A stretch of DNA of 64,000 nucleotides from Selaginella moellendorffii (taxonomy: Eukaryota; Plantae; Lycopodiophyta), in NCBI RefSeq assembly GCF_000143415.4, contig NW_003314315.1:496001-560000 (forward strand), given 5' to 3'. The notes under the pieces were generated by a model. It had not been told where the DNA came from. It was given only the letters and a program-made list of their open reading frames with translations, and did no database searches. The position numbers were made by a program, and so were the translations under genes. Shown piece after piece: positions 1-11,263 of the stretch (its first letter is position 1; each line of letters starts with the position of its first letter).

Positions 1-52
1 AGCAAGAGCGGCCAGCGAGTTAGTCAACACTCAAGTCAACCCCCAGTCTTAC

Positions 53-901
53 CAGCATGAGGCACCGGATGGTAAGATCTGACATGTTGTCGAGCGAGAG
101 CAAGACGTCCAGGAAGCTCTCGCCGCCATGTCCTTGCTTGGCTATAGAGGATCGGTGCTCTTCAATGTGTGCTTGAAGCAAGCCATGGAAATTATCTGCT
201 AAGATCCTCAGCTTGGGCAGCGAGGGATCCATCCATTTTAGCGATGGGATGTAATCGCCGATGTGTAGGCTCCCGCCCAGCTCGTTCCCCTGGCGGATCA
301 AGTGGAGGAAATCTTTGGCATCGAAGGTCCGGCTCGTCCCAAACACGAGCGTTTGCATGATCTCCAAGGTGAGGACGGTGAGCTCCTGGGTCATGTTCAC
401 CGTTCTTCCCAGATTCTGGGAGAGCATCGCCAGGAACTTCTCCATCTCCACTTGCCTCACTGCCGCAAAGCTCCCCACGCGGCGCGCGGTGAAGAGCTCG
501 AGCGTGCAGATCTTGCGGAGCTCCCTCCATCTCGCGCCATAGCGCGCGAAGACGAGATCGTCTGGGAGGATCGCCTCGGCAAACGTGAGCGATGGCCGCG
601 AGGAGAAGGTCCTGTCGTGGGACTTGAGGATCTCTTGGGCGATCTTGGCTGAGGAGATGACGATCGTGGGGGTGTAGCCCAGGCGGAGGTAGAAGATCGG
701 GCCGAGCTTCTTGGCGAGATCGAAGAGGATGAGATGTGGCCCGCGGGAAGTGCTGGCCAGGAGTGGAATGTGGCCGAGGATTGGAAAGGCCCGGGGGCTT
801 GGAGGCATGACATGGGAGCTGCGTGATTTAGATCGATCATAGCAGAAGATCACCAAGAAGAAAGAAGCCAAGAAGGCGAAAAAAACTGTGATGTGCTCCA
901 T
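53..901 (-). CDS. Cytochrome P450 (CYP71 clan), exon 1; gene continues beyond the left edge of the window
   Basis: ATG at 901 (MEHITVFF...), N-terminal TM anchor, proline-rich hinge PPSPRAFPILGHI, WRELRK C-helix motif, FLDVLLSL; GTAAG donor at 52 just before the I-helix. Confidence 0.9.
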
Positions 902-1635
902 GGAAGTTTGGAAATGTAGTGTGTCCTTATAAACACTTAAAAAGGTGGAATTTTCTATGACGGAAACTTCTATAAGCTGGAAGCGAGAAACAACCCTTCT
1001 ACGTTTTGAAGTAAAACATAAACACCCTTTTCTGGTCTTATTTCGATCTAAAAAAATGCAAGGTTTCAAAATTGAAGGCCCATCTCGTGCGTCTTCTTCC
1101 TGCTACTCCTCCTCGTCTTCAATTCTTCGTGTAAATCGTAAATCGCATCATATTCCTCCTAGATTCTGGAAAGATGCTTTTAAACCTTTTTGGACTGAAA
1201 TAACGTAAAGAGCTAGACCTTGCTAAATTTTGAGGTCACTTTTATTGAAAGTACATGGTCAACACACTTCAGTTGACTCCCGGTTGTTCAGCATTAGAGA
1301 CTGATTTTGTTACGCATGATTTTGAATTTGTGCATTCTAATCCGGTACCTAATGGTCAGCTTCTGCAAGTTATGTGATTTAAAGCTGTGGGATAGAGGAC
1401 GTCCATCCGTAGTCAAATTTTATGACCTGATAGACAAGGTTTCCCTTTTGTTGTGAAGGACTTATGTTGTTGTTTTGGAGAGACCATTTACGTTCAATTG
1501 GGAGACCAATTTACCTATTGTACGAATTTCGTTAAAATCAAGTTCTAGCAAAGCCAAGTCTCAATAAAGGAAGAAGAAAGAAATGAAAGTTCCATCTCTC
1601 ATCCAATCCAACCTTCTTAACATGGAAGTCCACGA

Positions 1636-4275
1636 TCACAGCTTGGCATGGCTTGCGAGCGCAACGCACAAAGACCATAGCCCGTTCCCTCGAATCGTTA
1701 CCGCCATCACCGTCAGCCACAGCAGCCGCCTTGCCAAACCTCCAGAAAGATCTCCATGAACGAATCCCCGAAACTCTTCGTCCATCTCTCGCAAAGCCTC
1801 CCTCGGCCGTTGATTAGCGCTGCCGTTTTGAGGCTCTTCGTCCGGATGGTCTTCACGAGTTTCTGTGAGTGAGGAGCAGTCGTCTAGTTCCTGTACCGCT
1901 TGATACCTTGAATCCCTGGCACTGCCGTTGGACGCCCGGTCCGGCACGCCTGGCGATTGTGCGTCTCCTGGACTGATGGAAAGAACTTCATCTCTGGAGT
2001 TGGCCTCTGAGAGCTGTTCCGGAGCTGCTGTAGCGTCGGAGAACTCGGTCACGGTTTCACTCAATCGTGAGTTCTCTTCTTTGCTAGCCTGTGAATCCCA
2101 TGAGTGAAGCAGTGCTTCGCCTGGACCATCCGGATGCTGGTCTTCCATGTCATCTGCTGCCTCTAAGCAAGCTGATTTGCCTTCTCGTTGTTTGCCTGTG
2201 TTGTCTATGATCGAAGCAGGCTCCATGTTCTCTCCCATTTCTTCACTTTCTTCTTCTTCGGCGTCTAAGTTCGCCTTCCCACGAACTGGTTCATCTGGTG
2301 CTGCGCTTTCAGTGCTCGCCGGTTGCAGATCAGCTTCTTCTGTGCTGGAACCTGGCTGCAAGCACGCATCTTTCTTTAGCTCACCAGCCTTTGCTTCTTG
2401 TTCTTCCGAACTCTCTGTGCTTGAAGCCGATTCCGAGAAGCTCTGGGCTCTCAAAAACTCCAGCATTCCAGTGTTATTCGGCTCCAGCTCCATGACAACC
2501 TCGGCAGCGCGACGAGCTCCTTCCACGTCTCCATGAGTCTTACACGCGCCAAAAAACGCCGTCCACATCGCAGCATCGGCCTGGAACGGCATGGTCTTGA
2601 TCATCTCTTCTGCCTCGCGCAGCCATCCCGCACGGCCTAGGAGATCCACCATGCAACCATAGTGCTGCAATGTTGGCCTGACCCCGAAATAGTCGTGCAT
2701 AGTCGCAAAGCTCTTGCATCCTTCCTCCACCAGTCCAGCATGAGCGCAAGACGATAGTACTCCCACAAGAGTGATGTTGTTCGGCTTCTCCCCAAGCTGC
2801 TTCATCCGGTAGAAAAGCTTGAGAGCCTCATCCCAGAGGCCGTGCTGTGCACAAGCTGTGATCATCGCGTTCCACGTACTGGCCTCCCTCACGAGCATCT
2901 TGTCAAACATCCTCCCGGCTTCCACCAGTTCTCCACACCTTCCATACATGGTTACGATCGAGTTCGCAACCACGGGATCACTGTCAAACCCACTCTCCAC
3001 GATCAAAGCGTGAACTGCTCTGCCTTCCTCAAGAGTAGAATAGTTGGCACAAGAGTTCATCACTGTCGCAAATGTCATCTCATTGGGCCTGATGCCTTGT
3101 AGCTGCATTGCTCTGAAGAGATGGAGGGCTTCGCTGCGACCGTTTTGTGCGTAAGTTGCCATCATCGCAGTCCAAAAAACGACGCTGGTATGTGAGCTCG
3201 AGAACTCGTCGAAGACAGCCTTGGCCTCTTCTACGCTACCGCATTTCCCGTACATGTTGATCAGACTAGTTCCCACCGAAACATCTTCGTAGAAACCACT
3301 GCGACGGACACAGCTGTGGATGAACCTTCCTTCGTCCAGCACCATCCCGCTAGCGCAAGCGTTGATGAGAGCAACGCAAGCAATGCAATCGGGCTTGAGT
3401 CCTTCCACGAGCATCCTTCTGAAGAGCTTCACGGCCTCTTTTCCCGTCCCATCCTGTCCATGACTCATGATCATCGTCGTCCACGACACCACATCCCGCT
3501 GCTTCATAGCCTCAAAAACGCTGCTCGCATCCTCAAGCGATCCACACGCAATGTACATCTTGAGCAAAGCGTTGGCCACTGCTACGTCTGACTCTAGTCC
3601 CTGCTCGACTATCCTTTTGTGGACGACCCTCCCATCAGGCAGCTTCTCCCGGCTCGAGCAAGCTCCAAGAAGCGTTAAAAACGTCACCTTGTTTGGCATC
3701 ACCCCTTCCACTCTCATCCGCTTGTACAGCTCAAGAGCAGCGTCGGACTGTCCCAGTCGCGCGTGAGCACCGATCATCTCCGTCCAAAGTATGACATCCC
3801 TGCGTTTCATGCTGAAGAACAGTCTCTTGGCGTCGGCCAGTCCAGAGGCTCCCCTACACCTGAGATACATCCGGATCAAACTATACCGCACGTACAAGTC
3901 CTTGTCCATGCCTCTTTTCTCGATGTGTGCGTGGACTCTCCTCCCTTCTTCCAGAGCCTTGAGCTCGCCACAGGCACGCAAGAGCTGTCCGTAGCTAGTG
4001 GCGCTCACCGTCTCAGCGAGCTCTAACTTGCTGACTGCCTCGGATAGCTTCCTCTTATCAAAGCTCTCCGGAGAGGTCGAGCTCGTCGAAGCAGACACTA
4101 CAGAGCATCGGCTGCTCTTCTTGCGGAGTGCCAAAAACTCGTTTCTCAGTGGAGTGCTCGAGATTTCCTTACAGCCCAGCTTCTTCCGAGACTGCCCTCT
4201 TGACGAAGAACTGCTGCCGGCAACGCTACATTTCCCCCACGTACCTGCGTTGTCCACCGCCATAGCCATGAGCAT
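1636..4275 (-). CDS. PLS-class pentatricopeptide repeat protein with transit-peptide-like N-terminus, partial E motif and a long acidic C-terminal extension
   Basis: Intronless 879-aa ORF; repeated PPR motifs (VVSWTTMI...EAVKLFRRM, ANSIVTMYGRCG, HYGCMVDLLGRAG); Ser/Arg-rich N-terminus. Confidence 0.9.
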   Translation of the reverse strand: MLMAMAVDNAGTWGKCSVAGSSSSSRGQSRKKLGCKEISSTPLRNEFLALRKKSSRCSVVSASTSSTSPESFDKRKLSEAVSKLELAETVSATSYGQLLRACGELKALEEGRRVHAHIEKRGMDKDLYVRYSLIRMYLRCRGASGLADAKRLFFSMKRRDVILWTEMIGAHARLGQSDAALELYKRMRVEGVMPNKVTFLTLLGACSSREKLPDGRVVHKRIVEQGLESDVAVANALLKMYIACGSLEDASSVFEAMKQRDVVSWTTMIMSHGQDGTGKEAVKLFRRMLVEGLKPDCIACVALINACASGMVLDEGRFIHSCVRRSGFYEDVSVGTSLINMYGKCGSVEEAKAVFDEFSSSHTSVVFWTAMMATYAQNGRSEALHLFRAMQLQGIRPNEMTFATVMNSCANYSTLEEGRAVHALIVESGFDSDPVVANSIVTMYGRCGELVEAGRMFDKMLVREASTWNAMITACAQHGLWDEALKLFYRMKQLGEKPNNITLVGVLSSCAHAGLVEEGCKSFATMHDYFGVRPTLQHYGCMVDLLGRAGWLREAEEMIKTMPFQADAAMWTAFFGACKTHGDVEGARRAAEVVMELEPNNTGMLEFLRAQSFSESASSTESSEEQEAKAGELKKDACLQPGSSTEEADLQPASTESAAPDEPVRGKANLDAEEEESEEMGENMEPASIIDNTGKQREGKSACLEAADDMEDQHPDGPGEALLHSWDSQASKEENSRLSETVTEFSDATAAPEQLSEANSRDEVLSISPGDAQSPGVPDRASNGSARDSRYQAVQELDDCSSLTETREDHPDEEPQNGSANQRPREALREMDEEFRGFVHGDLSGGLARRLLWLTVMAVTIRGNGLWSLCVALASHAKL

Positions 4276-4531
4276 CCTCTATCTACAAAACCCTACTAAG
4301 CTCCTCTAAAACCCCGAAGGCAACAGCATATGCCGTAACGGTCAACTGGTTGTCTTGGAGCCCAGTAAACAAAAATCACTGCACAGAGCATCAAACGTTA
4401 CTGCCCAAGATTTTTCACCGAAAGATTAAGTTACCTGGATTTCTTCAGTGTCAAAATCACTCTCGCTCCTACATTAAGTAGAATGGTTTAGTATTTGGAG
4501 AACAAGGACAAAACGACGAATTTAACTCACC

Positions 4532-5998
4532 TTAGAACACTTGTCTGATATTTATGTTTATCCGGGACTGTTGAATGTAGTCCAGAATTGCAACGTTTTC
4601 TTTGATCTCGCCCATTGCAAGAGCTGAGAAATCTGGCAGGTCGGACTCTTTGCAGCCTGTAAATATCCTTGGCACGCCTGCGTGTTAAGTCATAACATCG
4701 CGATGGTTTATCTCGAAACACCAAAGAGACTACATACCATGAAAGCAGCGTCTGGAAGGACCAGCCATGAGGACACAGTCTCCACTCCGCAAGAACATTG
4801 CCACGGGTGGATCGTCACGAGTTTCGCCTCCAAGCAAGAAGATTGCCTTACAACCCAGGCTATTGAAGCTCAAAGTGTCAGTGTTTTTCAAGAAAAAAGG
4901 AATAGAGAGAGAGCACCTGATGCTCACAATTGGTTTGCTCCAGTCCGCTTCCATATCGTCTATATGACCTCCCAACATATCATCTAGATCGAACTAAGTC
5001 AATATCTCGGATACGCAAAGAAAAGCATACCTGGACCAAAGAAATTAACAATAGCAGCCTCGGCACGAAACTGGTCACCATTCATCGCTGGTGATGCCAA
5101 CTTAGTTGCCAGTTCTGAAAGCGCCGGTGGAAAACTTCGATATGGAATGGAAATATCGTAAGCTCGCTGCAAGAACAGAAATAAGAAAGAAAGCTCGTAA
5201 GAAGCGCTCAAAGAAGATCCTGAAAAGCTCGACTCACTTTGGACCAGTCGAACTGGACTCCCAGAGTTGCCCACCGCAGCTTACGAAGAAGTGCTGTCGC
5301 AGAAACCACTCCTTCCTGTTTTCTCTCCTCTCCCGGATCTGCAAACTCCCACTTCCTTACAAACAAATCTCCGTTTTCCTCACGGCTACTTTCGAGCGTG
5401 CGAGGCCTGATCGAAGATTCATGCTCGTCATTCTTGTCCTCTCGGCAGGCACTGAGAGATCCCGAGCAGAGCTGAGCTGATATGTCCACAGGCCCGGTTG
5501 GAGAAAGCACTCCCTTTTTGGTGGCAGAAGACCACAAGCCAAACAAAGGACCATAGTGAGCACTGTGACTTGTCCGATTTGGAGGCTCGGGAAAAACCGT
5601 GAGTGCCTCGCGAATCCAGTGGAATTGCTGGTCGTGTGGCACAGCTCGAGGAATAAAGAAGAATCCTATAGAACATAGAACACAGAACATAGAGAAAGAA
5701 GTAATCCATAATCACGTACCTGTGTGGCCTTCCAGCGCATAAACAGGAAAATCCGAATGATCGAGTCGCGTAACGCCATCGCCATCGCGAATCCTCTCGA
5801 AGTCGATGACCTGAGAGAGATCCGTGACTGGGATCTCCATTCTGGATCGACAACTCGTAAAATCGAGCTGGAATTTCTTCGCTAGTCTTACCTGCTGTGC
5901 TTGTGCGTCGTGGATTGCTTGTAGAGCTTGTATTTCTTCTCGGCGCGCCGGAACGCCGTGCGCCCGCCATCGCCGGCTTGGGCATCCAGGTAGCCCAT
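4532..5998 (-). CDS. ALKBH1: AlkB family 2OG-Fe(II) dioxygenase (ALKBH1-like), multi-exon
   Basis: N-terminal RTAFRRAEKKYKLY, LRKLRWATLGVQFDW, AEAAIVNFF, LGGHIDD (HxD), LRSGDCVLM...RCFHG, C-terminal INIRQVF*; short GT-AG introns. Confidence 0.9.
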
Positions 5999-6062
5999 TT
6001 CTTAGGGCTTTTGCTCGAAAAAGATTCGAGCGAATATGCTACATATGAAAACATGGGAGCTT

Positions 6063-7342
6063 TCATCCACTTTCTTGTTCGAGCAGGTTGTTTGCCTGAT
6101 TCAACTGTTGCTGGAGTATTTGGAGCTCGCGATTGAGGTGCAAGATTTTCGCATCTTTGTGCTCGAGCGCCGCGCGAATTCGCTGATCCAAAAGATCCAT
6201 CTCTTTCACCTGGAATCGCAAGCAAGCACTCTAAGCACGCAGCGAATCAATATCCCGGAAGAACTACTCGAACCTTTTGAGCTTTGTACTCCTGGAACTC
6301 GGAACTTAGCTGGAGCTTCTCTTCTTTGATCTTCGATCCTTCCTTCTCCATGGATGACTCTGGAAAATGTGAAAGCATCAGTTTCTCTACTTGGTTTGCT
6401 GAATCGTAGAAACTCACTCAAGGATTCTAGCTCGCACTCGTGTGACTCGGTGACGCTTTGGATTTTGATGTTCCATTGCTTCTCCTGGAAGAGTAAAGCT
6501 ATGAAGAAAACTGATCAACGTTTTAAAAGCTTCAGTGAGACCTGTTCACGGTACATGCGACGAAACTCGTCCTTGGCCGATCTCGATTCCAGCTCCAAAA
6601 GCATGATCCGCTCCCTCAGCTGGGAGTTCTCTTCCATTACTCGCTTGAGCTGTTCTTCGATAACTTTCTTGGCCACGCTTTTCTGAAAAGAAGATACAAG
6701 TTATTTTGTGAGCAAGAGAGAAGTTGATTCACCTCATCATTGTTTCGTTCCAAGCGAGAAATGGTGGAATCGTAGCTGGCTATAAGATCACGCTCACGCT
6801 GGAGCTGCTCCACCTCGAAATCTTTATATCTACTTCTTAGTTTCTCTTGCTCGTCCAAGAAATCCTGCGAGAAAGCTAAGACACACAAATTGAAAGCCGA
6901 AGAACACGAAGAACAACGGAAGGAAAATACCTGCTCAGCAGCAGATATACGCTCGCAGAATTGACATTCCATCCTTCGTACGTTCTCTTTAAGAAGGTAA
7001 AAGTTGTCCTCTCCTTTCTTGATCTTCTTCTCGCATTTCGCCCTGAAAACCTCAAGGTGCTTGGATCGCTCCAGCACCCGGCCCTGGAGCCTCAGAAACT
7101 CCTCCTGCCTCGCCTGCATTGCAAGTGGAAATCACGCCAAGCCACACACCAACAGAGAGGAGAGAATGCTCTCACACCTCCTCGAGAAGATCAAACTGGA
7201 GCTGCAGTAGCTGCATCGAGGCGCTGGGAGGCGCGGCCGCCGGCATTGGAAGAGCCAGGCGCGGCGAAGCTTTAGCTCTCACCTGGGATTTCAGCTCCTG
7301 GATGGAGCATTTGAGCTCCTGGTAGCGCTGCGCGTCCACCAT
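6063..7342 (-). CDS. Uncharacterised multi-exon coiled-coil protein
   Basis: ATG at 7342, GTGAG donors, E/K/Q/L-rich heptad exons; reconstructed last exon VKEMDLLDQRIRAALEHKDAKILHL...LLEQESG* with stop at 6063. Confidence 0.6.
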
Positions 7343-7600
7343 TAAGACAGTTACCCTAAAATTCCAACGGTTATACTTTTAAAGGAATTTGGTAAAATTT
7401 GACGAAGTAAATTACAATTTTTAAATGACTTTTTACATTTTTATTAATAAATATTTGATTACTTTAGTTCTCAATTCTCAAATATTTCTTAGTGATTCAA
7501 ATTATTACCAAAAAATTAAAATTAAAAACAAAATATACTACCGAAATTGACATATATATAATTTTACATGTCAAAAAAAAGAAAAAAAAAAAAACATAAC

Positions 7601-10113
7601 TCACTCCATCGATCTTCCTTGCTGGTTAGGATCGTATGCGTCGGCGGCGGGGTTGTGCCTTCCATACGTTGGTTTTATCATCTCTACATTGTGCTGCTCC
7701 ACGCTTGGGCTGTACTCCGGGAGCTTTGGACTCAAGAGCGTGTCGTTGGGGAGAGTGAAAACGTTTGGAACTTTTTCGATGTTTCTCATGTATCTGGCTG
7801 TTGATCTTACGTGCCTGGCGCCACCCTCGTTTTCGAGCTCGATTTCGGCAATTGGCGGCGGTGGCGGGCTTTCGCGGTGGTGGTGGTGGAAGGTCTCCTG
7901 ACCGTCGTTTGATCCCGCGTGTGAGCTTCCTTCTTTTGCTCGGTGTTTCGCAACTTTCTTCCAGTGGTGGAGGGATTCCACGACGTTGTCTTGGAAGATC
8001 GCCTTCTTGTAGTTAGATCCCATCTGGAAAACCGTAGAAAAGATTGAGGTTTTGTTTCTCTTCGTCTCCGTAAAGAGAGAGTACCTGAGTGACAAGAGCG
8101 TAGAGTGGCAAGGTGCTGTAGCTACAAAGAACTTGGACCAAGAATCTAGCAAAGTTACCGAGTATGAAAACAAAGTTCGTGAAACAACTCTAGAAACTTT
8201 ACCCCGTGATGACACGAATGTAAGCAAATGATTTCTTGCTCATAAAGCATGAATCCCATCCGAATTGCCACTGGAATCAATCACACCCAGAGCGTTGAAC
8301 AATATCTTGAGAAAAAAAACAGGACTTACCCAGATCCAGAAGAAAGTTGCGAGCTCGAAAGCATCTTGGAAGAGGATGAAGTGGATCAAATGCATCATCA
8401 ACTGTGGCCTTCTAAACCAAAAGAGTGAATCGCGCGGTCTCAGATGAACACCATCCAAAGGTCCCGAGAGTCCCGAGTTTTCGAGAGCGAGCTGGGCGAT
8501 AATTCGCTGGAGTTTAGCTCCGACAATCAACACCATCTGGATCAAGGAAAAAAAAATCAGTCTTTTAAGATTTACTGGAGCTTCCATCCATGGAGAGGAT
8601 CTTACCACTATTGGAAGAAACGACATCCAAAAGTATAAGTTGGATCCATCGACGTTGAAGAGCATGAAGAGAACAACGAAGACCCAGAACAAAGGACTGC
8701 ATCGTTCATCATGTAAACAACTTCAGTTTACGATCAAAAAGTGTCAGATGCTTACCTTATTCCCACGATTTCCTTGAACTCGTCCTCCATCGATCGAATC
8801 ATGTAGCTGTGAAAATCATATTTTGGTCCCGTGGCGTGTTTCTGCGAGGCAAGTCAGTGTGATTTAGTTTGAAGATCTTCCAAGAGTTTTACTAGGCTCT
8901 TTCAACTTACAGTGACGAATCCCAGCCTCAGCGCGAGGTAATCCGGGCGAGTAACAGACTGCCCGAACTGGCGGAAGAAACAAATCTGCGCAGTCACGCG
9001 AATAACTCAGATCTTGACGAAGTACTGGCAACTAGCTACGAAGGGTATAATATGCTCACCACCCAGATGATGACGGGATTGCGACTACCAGGTGTTGATG
9101 CGTGGTGCTGGACGAAAGTCGATTGCCTTTTCATTGTCAAGTTCCTGCAAAATTCTGGGTGGCACCAGAAGAACGAGAAGTTTGTAAGCCTTTGTGATCA
9201 CTCTCGGTCGGTCAAAACAAGAATTACCGGCCATGTTTTGCTGGTTGTCGACATGACTATGGGCTTCGTCTTCCCAGCGCCTCCAGCTATAAACCTGCTC
9301 GCGAGAATTCAAAGAGATTTAGAAGTTTCTGATGAGATCATGCAATTTCTCTGTCAAAGCGTTTTGGAACACCAACCTTGACAACTGCGAGAAGCATGGT
9401 GAGACACGAGTAGAAGACGTGTGTGCATCCCATCACGAAGAGAAAACGGTGCAGCTGCTCGAGGCCAAGAAACGAGATGAATGGCTCTTTTCCCTGTAGC
9501 AAGGAAGAACTAAGCACAAAAACCAACAAGAAAAAAATGTTCTTGGGATCGTACCTCTGCGCAGGAGTTCCCTGCGACAGCCAATGATCGTCGTGGCAAC
9601 CCGACTTGATCCATAAAGTACTCGGACAATTTCCTGTTGATAAGAAAGTGCTCGGGTTCAGTGGTTCCTGCAGCTTCTGCTGCGCTGCAAGGCATGAGAT
9701 GCCCATCGAAGAAGGTCGTCCTGACACAGACTTTGCTGATCGATTCCGCCGTGACAGTGATGAGCAGAGATATGAATCCCAGCAGCATAAGCTCTGGCAC
9801 AAATCCAAGTTTTTAGTGTCTCTTCAGAGGGAAAAATCCTTCTTTTACCTTCTTTCATCTTCTCTAGAGCCTCGTAAAGAGGCTTTCTCTTTGTCTTTGA
9901 CAGCCACTATGAAACGAACACAAAAGTAAATAAATCGGGGCTAGAGCTTATCCTGATAGAGCAGCGAAGAGAGAGAGAGAGACTTACATGGCCAAGGTAG
10001 TGAAGAGTTCTCTCGCCAATTAGCGAGACAACCACAAACATCGTGCAAATGACCGCCACAGCCCATGTCGGAGTTTGCTCTAGTGTTCTTCCCGCTGGAG
10101 CACCGCCTGCCAT
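7601..10113 (-). CDS. MLO: MLO family seven-transmembrane protein, multi-exon
   Basis: RTLEQTPTWAVAV, ELMLLGFISLL, GLEQLHRFLF, LFWFRRPQL...HFILFQDAFE, QMGSNYKKAIF and calmodulin-binding-like LHHWKKVAK. Confidence 0.95.
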
Positions 10114-11263
10114 ATCTCTAGATCGATTTCTAGCTATCCAACCATACAATTAGGAGCGTCTTCTCCTAGTCCCGGCAAAGCTCAACGTTTCTTCCCGACA
10201 CTCGTGTTCTTCGCTGGTACTTCTTCACAATCCCAATTTCTAAAGTTGAAACTACTTATATCGAGGCCCCTTCGTCGGCGAATCCATGGACTCTGCTGAA
10301 GCGCGATGCGCGTATGATGCGAAGTCTATAGGGTCACTATTTCCCCCAAAAGAACGCGTAAGAAGGCAAAGACTCTATCTAACCTCTTTGCTGTGATCGC
10401 GAAAAGAGTGAAGCGCATTGAATGCACAAGAACTCTCTCTCACTGGTGTTAAGGTTTTGACGTAAAAATCGTAAAAAATGATTTTTAGTCCAGTCCAGTA
10501 AAGGGAGCTTCACTGCAAATGGGAGGAAAAGTTCCTCGCGATCTGGCTTTCTTCGTTTTTAATCTGTGGTCAGCGAAGAAAAGCGTAGTCAAGATTTCTC
10601 TTTCTACGTGATTGACGAATGATGTTCTATCGATCTTCAATTAGTTTCAATTAGCTTAGCCGAAAAAAAAAGTCCCAAAAAAATTAGAAAAATGGAGTTC
10701 TTTGGTTGCTTGTCAACTTATGTGGGATGCCAAGTCACGGGAAAAAAACAGAGCAGCCATCGTGGAGAATTTCATCTCCATATCCGTGGATTAAATTTTG
10801 TGTCTCAATCCATCCATCGTTTTCTTACAGAAATCCGCTTTACCGAAACGTCATCCCCCTTTTTTCTTTACTGGCGTTAAGTTCTAATTTTGATGCTTCT
10901 TTGCAAACCCTAGGCGTGGAGCGAGGAGGACGCCGATCTGGGGGCGCCATCGCGGCATCGCGCTGGGCAGCGCATTTTTCTTCCAGGTATGTCGCGGCGG
11001 ATTTCCGGCGGGGGGATCTGTAGCGCTAGAGATCTCTCCCGGAGCTACATTGGTGTGGAAATCAAGCAGGAGGGATTTCGTAGCTAGGAGCTGAGACGAT
11101 CCTTCCTCTGGCAGAGAGCTGGGGTTTTGGGGGATTTGATGGTCGCTGTAGGTGGAGATGAGTTGAGGAGGATGGCACAGAAGAGGTTGCGAGCTTGGTG
11201 CCACAGCTCCGTGTTTATAATTTTTTGGCCGCGAGGGAGACCGCAAAAGGGCTTCCAGGAAAG

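Noticed and set aside
5428-6225. 265-aa ORF spanning the AlkB 5' region
   Set aside because: Out-of-frame read across exons and introns of two genes; the real AlkB frame starts at 5998
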